Below, in pieces: positions 48,801 to 60,800 of a stretch of 64,000 bases of DNA. How positions within the stretch are numbered: the first letter of the stretch is position 1; every line of letters begins with the position of its first letter. Position numbers and translations under genes: made by a program. The DNA comes from Somniosus microcephalus (taxonomy: Eukaryota): positions 95,666,001 through 95,730,000 of the forward strand of contig CM126210.1 in the NCBI GenBank assembly GCA_052327205.1, in the 5' to 3' direction. The notes beneath the pieces are model-generated. The model saw nothing but the letters and a program-made list of their open reading frames with translations, was not told the origin of the DNA and made no database searches.

Positions 48801-51800
48801 GTGTGAGGCAGACTATCCCCCACTTCTAGCTGTATGAGGAAGCATAGCATCAGTGGAAAGAACCTGCAGTGTGTTTGGGGGAAGGCAGCAGGAGAACCAT
48901 AGTATAAAATTAAACTAAAATCCAATATGCATCAATGCTGCTAAACATACATCAGAGTTTCTATGAACATACCATAGTGATTGATGCTGTTTATCAGCCT
49001 CACTCCGACTTGGGCATGATTGTTTGTCATCAAAACTACATCAAATATTTCATCACTGTCAGGGTAAAGGTCACGTAGTTGCATATTAACTGTTTCCAGT
49101 GCCTGGAAGAAACAAATTCATTACATTCTAACAAAATACAATTCACTGCTTTACAAATACAATACAAGCAACGATCTAACCCTCAACATATTGAAAAGTG
49201 TTTTAAACTTCATGAAAATCCACAAACTGATCATAGACATTCTGGCACAGCAAGAGGCCATTTGGACCATTGTGCCTGTGCCGCTGCTAGCTCTTCAAGT
49301 GCCCTTTCCAAGTATCCTTTTTATCTATCCCGTTCTCTCTAAAATGATGTTATAGTCTCTACCTCATTAACCACTTGTGTAAAGCACTGAGGTCCTAATG
49401 ACTATCAGAAAAAAATGTCTTCTTTGCTGTTCTAATGGTAATACTGTCTATGCCACTTTGCCACTGATTTGCTAACTGGTAAACAATCTTTCACTGTTTA
49501 CCCTCTCCAAACCTTTTCATAATTTTGAAAATCTCTATTAGATTCCCCCCTTTAACTTTATTTGTTCCTGTGAGAAAGGACTCAATTTATAAGCCTTTCT
49601 GCAGAACTATAATCTTCCTAAACTCTCAAGCTCTTGGATTAGAAAATTGCCAATGTCACTCCATTATTTAAAAAGGGCAGGAAAGATAAACTAGGAAATT
49701 ATAGGCCTATTAGCCTAACATCAGTTGTGGGAAAGTTGCTAGAATCTGTTATTAGGGACAGAGTGACTGAGCATTTGGGCAAATACGAGCTGATCAGAGA
49801 GAGCCAGCGTGGAATTGTAAAGGATAAGTCATGTCTAATGAACCTAGTTGAACGTGGTATGGATATTACTTATACAGACTTCTAGAAGGCATTCGACAAG
49901 GTTCCATGTAAGAGACTGTTAACAAAAATGAGAGTGCATGGAATTGGAGGCAACCTATTGGCTTGGATAGGGAATTGGTTAGGAGGTAGGAGACAGAGAG
50001 TAGAGATAATGGGTTTGTACTCAAATTGGCAGGATGTGACTAGTGGTGTCCCCCAGGGATCCGTACTGGGGCCTCAGCTTTTCACTATATTTATAAATGA
50101 TTTGGATGAAGGAATAGAGAGCCGTACATCTAAGTTTGCTGACATCACTAAGTTAGGTGGCACAGCAAAGAGAGTAGAAGGGGGCAGAAAGTTGCAAAGG
50201 GACATTGATAGATTAGGTGAGTGGGCAAAACTGTGGCAGAGAGAGTTCAATCTGGGACATAAGAAAGATCATAGAATCATAGAAAGTTACAGCACGGAAG
50301 GAGGCCATTTCGGCCCATCGTGTCCACGCCGGCCATCAAAGAGCTATCCAGCCTAATCCCACTTCCCAGCTCTTGGTCTGTAGCCCTGCAGGTTACAGCA
50401 TCCCAAGTGCACATCCAAGTGCATTTTAAATGTGGTTAGGGTTTCTGCCACTACCACCCTTTCAGGCAGTGAGTTCCAGGCCTGCACAACCCTCTGGGTG
50501 AAGAAATTTCCCCTCAAATCCCCTCTAAACCTTCCAATTACTTTAAATTTGTGCCCCCTGGTTTTTGACCCCTCTGCTAAGGGGAATAGGTCCTTTCTAT
50601 CCACTTTATATACCTCAATAAAGTCTCCCCTCAGCCTCCTCTGTTCTAAGGAAAACAAACCCAGCCTATCCAGTCTTTCCTCCTAGCTCTACTCCCAGCA
50701 GCATCCTTGTAAATCTCCTCTGTACCCTCTCTAGTGCAATCACATCTTTCCTGTAATGTGGTGACCAGAACTGCACGCAGTACTCTAGCTGAAGCCTAAC
50801 TAGTGTTTTATACAGTTGAAGCATAACCACCCTGCTCTTATATTCTATGCCACGGCTAATAAAGTCAAGCATTCCGTATGCCTTCTTAACCACCTTATCT
50901 ACCTGGCCTGCTACCTTCAGGGATCTGTGGACATGTACTCCAAGGTCCCTTTGTTCCTCTACACTACAGGTAGACTACCCTTTATCTGGACTTCGGAAAA
51001 CCGAAACCCTCTAAAAACCAAAGGTTTTTTCGTTCAGCGTAAGTCGTGCGTACGAACGAAAAAACCTTCGGTTTTTAGAGGGTTCCGGTTTCGGAAGTTC
51101 GGATCAAGGGTAAGTCGTGCGCACGACCCCCCGCCGGCCCCGACAACCGCCGACCCCGCCAGCCCCCCCGCGGACCCCGCCAGCCCCGACAACCACCGAC
51201 CCCCCCGCGGACCCCGCCGGCCCCGACAACCGCCGATCCCCCCCGCGGACCCCGCCGGCCCCGACAACTGCCGACCCCGACAACCGCCGACCCCCCCGCG
51301 GACCCCGCCGGCCCCGACAACCGCCGATACCCCCCGCGGACCCCGCCGGCCCCGACAACCGCCGACCCCGCCAACCCCCCCGCGGACCCCGCCGGCCCCG
51401 ACCCCCGCCTGACTTACGCTGAGCGTCAGCGTAAGTCGTGCGCACGACCCCCCGCCGACCCCCCCGCGGACCCCCGCCGACCCACCTTCCGAAATCCGAA
51501 ATTCTCCTTTATCCGAAACTCGGCTGGTCCCGAGGTTTTCGGATAAAGGATAGTCTACCTGTACTCCGTGTCCTACCATTTAATGTGTATTCCTGTTCCT
51601 TGTTAGCCCTCCACAAATGCATTGGGGTTGATTTTAACTCAGCCGTGAGGCGGGCTTTGAGGCGTGTGGGGGGTTAAAATCACAGAAACTGGGGGTCGGG
51701 ACCCCCCCCTCCGCCTGGTTCCTGACCCCGAGCCATTTTAACCCAAGCATGTCTGATGGTCCCAAATCAGTCCCGCCTCCAACAGGCGGGACTGATCTTT

Positions 51801-54800
51801 GAGGCCCTTAATCAGCAATAATTGGCCTTTATAATCCCATTTCAACAGGCCCTTGCATTTCTAACCCTTTTCCCATGTAAAACACGCCTGGTGGGGATCA
51901 CACCTGTGAAACCTGGCGTGAGCACTATTGGCTTGCTGACTATCAGCTGCAGGTCAACCATTAAAGAGGAGATTTGATCAGTCATCATTTGCAGGTGGCA
52001 GGACTTTATTGTTTCAGGCCTGGGGCAACTTTTACCAGGCTTAACCACACCTGTGGAAGGTTGGAGCCTCACACACATCTCCAGTGTGACCTCCTGGGAA
52101 ACCCTGCTCGCCACCTTCACTCAGCGCTTCCTCAACGGAGGCATATACCAGAAGCATGGGAGCCATTTATTTCCTTCCCTTCTGGGCATTAGATGAGCTC
52201 AAACACCAGCTGCGGCACCAGCAGAACTAGGAACAACAGCAGCAGCAACAGGAGCGCCAGGCTGCTGCTCACCCACCTGAAGCTGCACAGGCCAGAAGGA
52301 GCCAGCGCTTGGTAGTGGCTTGAGAGCACCTTGCTGCACATCAGGGGGCCATGGGGACCCGTATCTGCACTGGCAGTCCTACTCAGAAGGACGTCCATGA
52401 AGGTCTGGTTTCTCTGTTCAACAGATGCCCATCGCTCCTCAAGAGATGTCATTCTATTATGAACACTCACCATGTTTTCCATACCCTGGCGACTTATCTC
52501 CTCCATGGAGGTTGCCATCCTTTCCATGGTGATGCGTTCATGCGCCAATGACTCCACAAAGGCTCTGCTCATGTTCGCTATGTACTCCTCCATTCACTCC
52601 ACACTCACATCGACCCTGGAGACAAAACCTGCCAGAGACTCCTGCATCTGTTCCTGGAGTTCCAGCCCCGCTGATCTTATGGACGGACCCAGAGGCAGAG
52701 GGTCGACATGCAGCTGAGCCGAGCTGGCAGAGTCCTGCGCCCTCCGACGAGGACTCTCCACTGCTGTCCCTGTCTCCACAATCTGCTGATGCTCACTTGT
52801 GAGCTGTAATACACCAGGTGACAACACTACTCTATGTCCCGAAGGTCCCACCGAGGTGTGTCTGCGCTGGTGCTGGGTGCGCTTATTTCTGCTGACGCTG
52901 CGCCCTCAGAGGTTGCAGATTCCTCTGAGGAGTTTGGAAGCTCAGGCTCTTCCTCCTGGACAGTAGGGATGGGGGCTCTCGATGGTCCTGTGGGGGAGTA
53001 AAGGAAAGAGTTAGAGATGTGAGGTCAAGGTTACATGCACATTGCAGATGATCATAGGTCCATCTGTTATAGCTTCAGAATCATTATCAGTGACTCATGC
53101 AATGTCAATGAGATGGAAAACTATTCTGTCACCAGCTTGCTGTGATGCACCCGTCTGTCCGTCCCCCACATGCGCCTCATCCTCCAGTCCTACGATCTCC
53201 AGGACCACCTCCTCCCAGGGGGTGAGGTGGGCTACTGATGGTGGCCCTCCTCCTGTCCTCGCTCGTTCTCTTTTATTGTGAGCTCTCTTTTCCTGCAATG
53301 AGGGAGACAAGTGGAGTTTGAGTGAGAATGAAGGAGTGAGTGTAGAGAATCCATAGCATAGATGCTTAGAAGGAGACAAAGATGGAGTGAGGTGGCAAGA
53401 CCAAGGGCCCTCCCTGTGTGTTGTCAGTTGTTTTCATAGCATCAGAGTTATAGGGAGTGTGAGGGCTGCAGTCGAATAGTTAAGTGAATGTGAGCATAGA
53501 GAGGGAATGGGTAAGGGTACATGGATGTCAGTGTCAAGTGGGATGTGGAGGAAGAGATTGCTAAAGCTGAGTGCTGGTGAGGAGAGGCAATGGAGATCAG
53601 ATTGAGAGTGATGGGAACTTCATACTCACTTTTCCAGTGTGCTGACGGTCATGAAATCTCTTCCTGCACTGTATCCAGGTTCTGCGGGTAGCCGATAAGG
53701 AGTTGATCTCCTCTGCCACTTGCAGCCACGCAGCCTTTGTCTGCTGGGGAGGCATCTTCCTCCCTGATGAAGGGAAGAGCACCTCCTTGTGAGCTCTTGC
53801 TCCCTCCACTAAAGCCTGCAGGGCAACGTCGTCAAAACGGGGTGCAGACCTCGGTCTTTCTCTTGCCATTCTGCTTCCAGCTCAGTGTATCAGCAAATGC
53901 CAAAAGGTTGGCAGCCTGCAGAAGAAGCAAGGCTTGTTGCAGACCCTAAATGCAGCAGCAATAAGGACGTCATATTATGCGACTTTCTGACTGGAAATAA
54001 TCATTTGCCAAGGGTTCCCACACATTGGAAATCAATTGGCCAATTGAGTTAAAATTGCATCAATCTCACACACCCATTTAGATTCGTGTGGGAAACACCA
54101 AATTCGGGGAACCCGACAATTCCCCGCACCCGAGTTAAAATCGACCCCATTATCTCACACTTTTCCGGATTGAATTCCATTTGCCACTGTTCTGCCCACC
54201 TGACCAATTTATTGATATCTTCCTGCAGTCTACAGCTTCCTTCTTCAGTATCAACCACACAGCCGATTTTAGTATCATCTGCAAACTTGTTAATCATGCC
54301 CACTATATTCAAGTCTTGATCATTGATATATACACAACAAAAAGCAAGGGACCCAGTACTGAGCCCTGTGGAACCCCACTGGAAACAGCCTTCCAGTCAT
54401 AAAAACACCCATCAACCATTACCCTCTGCTTCCTGCCTCCAAGCCAGTTTTGAATTCAACTTGACACTCTGCCCTGGAGCCCATGGGCTTTTAACTTCGT
54501 GACCAGTCCGCCATGTGGAACCTTATCAAAAGCCTTGCTAAAGTCCATATACACATCAAATGCACTACCCTCACCTACCCTCCTTGTTACCTCCTCAAAA
54601 AATTCAATCAAGTTTGTCAGACATGAACTTCCCTTAACAAATTCGTGCTGACTATCCTTGATTAATCCGTGTCTTTCTAAATGAAGATTTATCCTGTCCT
54701 TCAGAATTCTTTCCAATAATTTTCCCACCACCGAGGTTAGGCTGACTGGCCTGTAATTACTCGGTCTATCCCTTTCTCCCTTTTTAAACAAGGGTACCAC

Positions 54801-57800
54801 ATTAGCAGTCCTCCAGTACCACACCTGAAGCCAGAGGGGATTGGAAAATGATGGTCAGGGCCTCTGCTATTTCCTCTTTTGCTTCGCTTAACAGCCTGGG
54901 ATACATTTCATCCGGGCCTGGGGATTTATCCACTTTTAAAGCTGCTAAACCCCTTAATACTTCCTCTCTCACTATGTTTATAGAATGGCGAGAAGCTAGG
55001 AACTGTGAATGAGCAGAGAGATTTAGGGGTCCAAATCCAGTGGACAGGTACAAAAAATAATTTAAAAAGGCTAATGGAATGTTGGCCTTTATATCAAGGG
55101 GACTGCAATACAAAGGGTGGAAGTTATGTTACAGCTGTACAGAGCTCTGGTTAGACCCCATCTGGAGTACTGCATTCAGTTCTGGGCACCGCACATCAGG
55201 AAGGATATACTGGCCTTGGAGTGGGTACAATGCAGATTACCAGAATGATACCTGGGCTAAAAGGGTTAAATTATGAGGACAGGTTGCATAGTCTAGGTTT
55301 GTATTCCCTTGAATATAAATTATGGGGTGATCTAATTGAGGTGTTTATGATCATTAAAGGATTTGATAAGGTAGATAGAGAGACTATTTCCTCTGGTGAG
55401 GGAGTCCAAAACAAGGGGCATAACCTTAAAATTAGAGCTAGGCCATTCAGGGGTGATGTCTAGAAACGCTTCTTCAAACAAAGTGTAATGGAAATCTGGA
55501 ACTCGCTTCCTCAAAAAGCTGTTGAGGCTCTGTCAATTGAAAATTTCAAAACTGAGATTGATATAACTTTATTAGGCAAGTGTATTAAGGGTTACAGAAC
55601 CAAGGTGGGTAGATGGAGTACAGATCAGCCATAATATCATTGAATGGCAGAACAGGCTCGAGGGGCTGAATAGCCTACTCCTGTTCCTATGTTGTTCATT
55701 TCACACATCATGCTAGTAAATCTTTGCTGTACTGTTTTCATGACTCTAATTTCCTTTCTATAGGGAGTACGCAGAACGTTTAAAAAAAATTAATTCATGG
55801 GATGTGGGTGTCGCTGGTAAGACCAGCATGTATTGCCCATCCCTAATTGCCCTCGAGAAGGTGGTAATGAGCCGCCTTCTTGAACCGCTGCAGTCCATGT
55901 GAAGGTACTTCCACAGTGCTGTTAGGGAGGGAGTTCCAGGACTTTGACCCAGCGACGTTGCAGGAATGGTGATATACTTCCAAGCTAGGATGTTGTGAGA
56001 CTTGGAGGGGAACTGCATGCAAAACTTCAACTGTGGTCTCACCAGTGGCTTGTAAATTCAACATCACTTTCTTGCTTCTGTGTTCAATGTATATAAAACC
56101 CAGAATCTCATTTGAATGTTTTATGGCCTTTTCTACTTGTACTTCTGCATTTAAAGATCTATGTATCTGCTCCCTTAGATCTCAATCTCTCTCTCTGCCA
56201 CCACTGTTCAGAATCTCTCCAAATGATTTTCTGCAAATTTCTAGAGGAATTTTATAAAATGGAAGTTGAGAAATATACAGAATGAAATAATCAATCATTC
56301 ATAATATTCTTGGAATAGGTTTTAAAATACTTGATATACCTATCAATTCATCCAATGAAAAGCGATGAGTTAAGAAAGTAACTATAGGTTTTTATTGGCT
56401 AAATAACAGAGCCCACCCTCGTGGGTGATCGGATCCAACAAGGAGGAATACCAGCCAGTCGACCACCTTTATACCTGGGCAAGTAGGCGGAGCTATGGGC
56501 GGAGTCAGTGGTCAGCCCAGGTATAACAGCGTGGCAAGCGGCGACCTCGTGTAGTGATACAACAGTGTAAACAGTGATAACCATAGTGTAACGATATAAC
56601 AGTGATAACCATAGTGTAACGGTAGTGAACGATAAAAGTGGTTTACCACATTCACCCCTTGTTTAGATTTGAGTCCGCCGGGCTGAAGTGTACTACCAGT
56701 TTGGGTATGTCGGTCTGTCCGGAGGCCTCGTAAGTCTTTCTGATCGGCACAGCAGCGGCGGCGGTGTTGCAGTCTCCGGTGTTAATGCTGGTGTCTGCGT
56801 CGTTGACGAAGGCTCGTGGGGTTCCGGCATGCCGTCTACCTGGGCTGGATTTGGGGGGGGGGGGGTGGTGGGGGGGTAACGGTGGTGTCTCAGGGGTGCC
56901 CGAGGGTGCAAGGCCTCGTAAGGAGACTGTGTCCTCCCGCCCGTCTGGGTATGCCACGTAGGCGTACTGGGGGTTGGCGTGCAGGAGGACCACCCTCTCG
57001 ACCAGGGGGTCCATTTTATGGGCCCTCACATGCTTTCGCAGTAAGACGGGCCCCGGAGAAGTCAGCCAAGTTGGCAGCATGGTTCCCGTAGTCGATTTCC
57101 TGGGGAAAACAAACATTCGTTCATGGGGGGTGGCGTTAATGGCAGTGCAAAGCAGTGACCGGATGGAATGCAGCGCTGCCGGGAGGACTTCCTGCCAGCG
57201 AGAGGTTGGGAGGCCCTTAGACTTTAAGGCTAAGAGAACGGCCTTCCAGACAGTCGCGTTCTCTCTTTCCACCTGGCAGTTCCCTCGGGGGTTGTAGCTG
57301 GTGGTCCTGCTTGCAGCGATACCTCTCGCTAATAGGAACTGGCGAAGTTCCTCGCTCATGAAGGAGGAGCCCCGGTCGCTATGTATATAGTTCGGGAACC
57401 CGAACAAGGCGAAGAGGTCGTTCAGGCATTTGATGACCGTGGTGCTGGTCATGTCTGGGCAGGGGAAGGCAAAGGGGAAACGGGAGTACTCATCAATGAT
57501 GTTGAGGAAGTACACATTACGGTCAGAGGATGGGAGGGGCCCCTTAAAATCGATGCTCAAGCGCTCGAAGGGGTGGGTGGCCTTGATCAGGCTTGCTCTG
57601 TCCGGCCTAAAGAAATGCGGTTTGCATTCGGCACAGGTTTGGCAGTTCCTGGTCATGGTCCTGACCTCCTCGATGGAGTATGGCAGATTGCGGGCCTTAA
57701 TGAAGTGGTAAAGTCTGGTGACCCCGGGGTGGCAGAGGTCGTTGTGGAGGGTCTGCAGTCTATCAGTTTGCACGTTGGCGCATGTACTTCGTGATAGAGC

Positions 57801-60800
57801 ATCTGGGGGTTCGTTCAGTTTACCAGGCCGTTACAAGATATCATAATCATAGGTGGAGAGCTCGATTCTCCACCTCAAGATCTTGTCGTTCTTGATTTTG
57901 CCCCTCAGCTTGTTATTAAACATAAAAGCGACCGAATGCTGGTCGGTGAGGAGGGTAAATCGTTTATCTGCCAGGTAATGCCTCCAGCATCGTACAGCCT
58001 CCACGATCGCCTGGGCCTCCTTCTCGACCGAAGAGTGTCGGATCTCAGGGCCCTGGAGGGTCCTTGAGAAGAAGGCCACCGGTCTCCCCTCCTGGTTGAG
58101 GGTTGCGGCTAGGGCGAAGTCGGATGCATCGCTCTCCACTTGGAAAGGGATAGACTCATCCACCGCGTGCATTGTGGCCTTAGCAATGTCTCTCTTAATG
58201 AGGGAGAAGGCTGCGCACGCTTCTGCCGTCAGGGGGAAGGAGGTGGACTTCATGAGGGGTCTGGCTTTGTCCGCATAATTTGGCACCCATTGGGCATAGT
58301 AGGCGAAGAGCCCCAGGGTTCTCTTCAGCGCCTTTGGACAGTGGGGGAGGGGAAGCTCCATGAGGGGGCGCATTCTTTCGGGGTCGATGACTCCGTTCTC
58401 TACTACGCAGCCGAGGATGGCAAGGCGCGAGGTGTTAAACTCACATTTCTCCTTATTGTAGGTGAGGTTCAGCCATTGGGCCGTACGGAGGAATCTTTCC
58501 AGATTAACATCGTGGTCCTGCCGGTCGCGGCCGCAGATGGTGACGTTATCTAGATAGGGGAACGTGGCGTGCAGCCCGTTCTGGTCAACCATCCGGTCCA
58601 TCTCCCTTTGGAAGACCGAAACCCCGTTGGTGACGCCGAAGGGAACCCTAAGGAAGTGGTAGAGGCGGCCGTTCGCCTCGAAGGCTGTATACTGGCGGTC
58701 CTCAGGGCGGATAGGGAGTTGGTGATAGGCCGACTTAAGGTCGATGGTGGAGAATACCCGGTACTGCGCAATCTGATTGACCATATCAGATATGCGGGGA
58801 AGGGGATATGCGTCCAGCTGGGTGTACCGGTTTATGGTTTGGCTGTAGTCGATGACTAGGCGGTTTTTATCGCCGGTCTTAATGACTACGACCTGGGTAC
58901 GCCAGGGGCTGTTGCTCCTCTCGATGATGCCCTCCTTCAGGAGACGCTGCACCTCACAGCTAATAAAAGCTCTGTCCCCGGCGCTGTACCGCCTGCTCTT
59001 GGTGGCGACGGGTTTACAGTCGCGGGTGAGGTTAGCGAACAGGGAGGGGGGCGGGACCTTGAGGGTGGATAGGCCGCAGGTGGTATGCGGTGGGCGGTTT
59101 AAAGGCTGCTGGTTGTCGACTGAGTGGGGGGAGGGGTCCACCGTATGCCAAAGTGACACTTTGCAGGTGGGATTGGAAGTCCAGCCCTAGTAGGACGGCA
59201 GCGCAGAGCTGGGGCAGGACGAGGAGTTTAAAATTTTTATACTCCGTGCCCCTAACCGACAGGGTCACAATACAGTAGCCGCTGATGTCTGTAGAATGGG
59301 ACCTCGATGCCATCGAGATCCGGTTGCGCGTTGGCCGGACAGTGAGGGAGTAGTGGCTCACCGTGTCTGGATGTATGAAACTCTCCGTGCTTCCGCTGTC
59401 GAACAGGCAGGTCGTGGCGTGGCCGTTTACTTTGATGTCCATCATGGACTTGGACAGGTGATTCGGGCGAGCTTGGTCCAGTGTGACGGAGGCTAGTGTA
59501 TGGCTGAGCGAGCTGCTGTAGTCTGCGGGTGAGGCGGTGGTCGGGTCTGGTGACAAGGTGGCGGTCGACTGTGGTGGACAAAATGGCGGCGCCCATGAGG
59601 TTGAATAAGATGGCTGCCCCCACAACTCACATGAGGCATTGCTGGTGTCGGTTGCCTTGGTCAAAGATGGCCGCCCCCACGACTCACACGAGGGGATACT
59701 GGCATCTGTGGCCTGGATGAAAGATGGCCGCCCCCACAATTCGCATGAGGCACTGCTGGCGTCTGTGGCTCTCCCCCTGCAGGCCTTAGCGAAGTGGCCT
59801 TTCTTCTGGCAATGGGAGCAAGTCGCGTTTCTCGCAGGGCAGCGCGTCCTCGGGTGTTTCGCCTGGCCACAGAAGAAGCAGCCGGCGGCCCGATCGCAGG
59901 GGTCCGATGTTGCAGCCGGTACCGGGGGTGGCGGTCCCGATCGGTTCTGGGACGCCGACGCTGAGGTAGGTCCCGGAGGCGGCGTTGCGAGGGGTATTGC
60001 GGCCGGGGTCGGGTCGGAGTCCCAGGGTCGCGCAGTACAGTACCTGGAATACGCCTCGAGGTCCCGATGGGCCACTTCCAGAGAGCGAGCGAGGGCTGCA
60101 GCTGTGTTCAGGTCGAGGTCCTTTGATTCGAGCAGTCTTTGCCGTGAGTAGTCGAACCGAAGGCCTTTCACGAAGGCATCGCGGATATTCCCTTCAGTAT
60201 TTTCTGCAGCCGTTACCGCTTTAAAGTCACAGTCCCTGCCGAGTGTTTGTAGCGCCCATAAAAATTCATCTACCGACTCTCCTGGCTGTTGCGGGCGGGA
60301 TCTTAGGAGGTGTCTGGCATATAGAATTTACCGGGCTCCGGTACTGCTGTTTCAGCAGGTTGATGGCGGCCTCGTATGTAGTAAGGTCCTGTATGAGTGC
60401 GAATACTTTAGGGCTCACTTGGGCGGTCAGCACTCTTAGTTTGGATCTCTGAGGCACGCCGGATTCTCCCAGGTAGGATTCGAAACAGCTCAGCCAGTGT
60501 TTGAAGTCGAGGGCTGAGTTTGCTGCCTGTGGGTTTAGATCCAGGTACGGCGGTCGGAGGGCTCGCAGCCAGGCCGGCTGCTGTGGCTGTTGTAGCTGGG
60601 CGTCTGACTGGTCTGACGGTTCGTTAGACATTTTTAAAATTTAGCCAATAAAATTGATATACCTATCAATTCATCCAATGAAAAGCGACGAGTTAAGAAA
60701 GTAACTATAGGTTTTTATTGGCTAAATAACAGAGCCCACCCTCGTGGGTGATCGGATCCAACAAGGAGGAATACCAGCCAGTCGACCACCTTTATACCTG

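Larger units (their letters stand above)
50266..54980 (-). mobile_element. CR1 fragment (-) hosting a pogo-like MITE and a Harbinger derivative
   Basis: Minus-strand pieces [33 protein letters not shown], and a 3' tail. Confidence 0.85.
49635..55690 (+). mobile_element. CR1 fragment (+) split by an antisense CR1 at about 50266-54980
   Basis: RT runs to GHKKD near 50265 and resumes at [16 protein letters not shown] near 54983. Confidence 0.8.

Noticed and set aside
51034-51579. Gly- or Pro-rich ORFs, or a CpG-island promoter
   Set aside because: Minisatellite inside a TA-flanked MITE.
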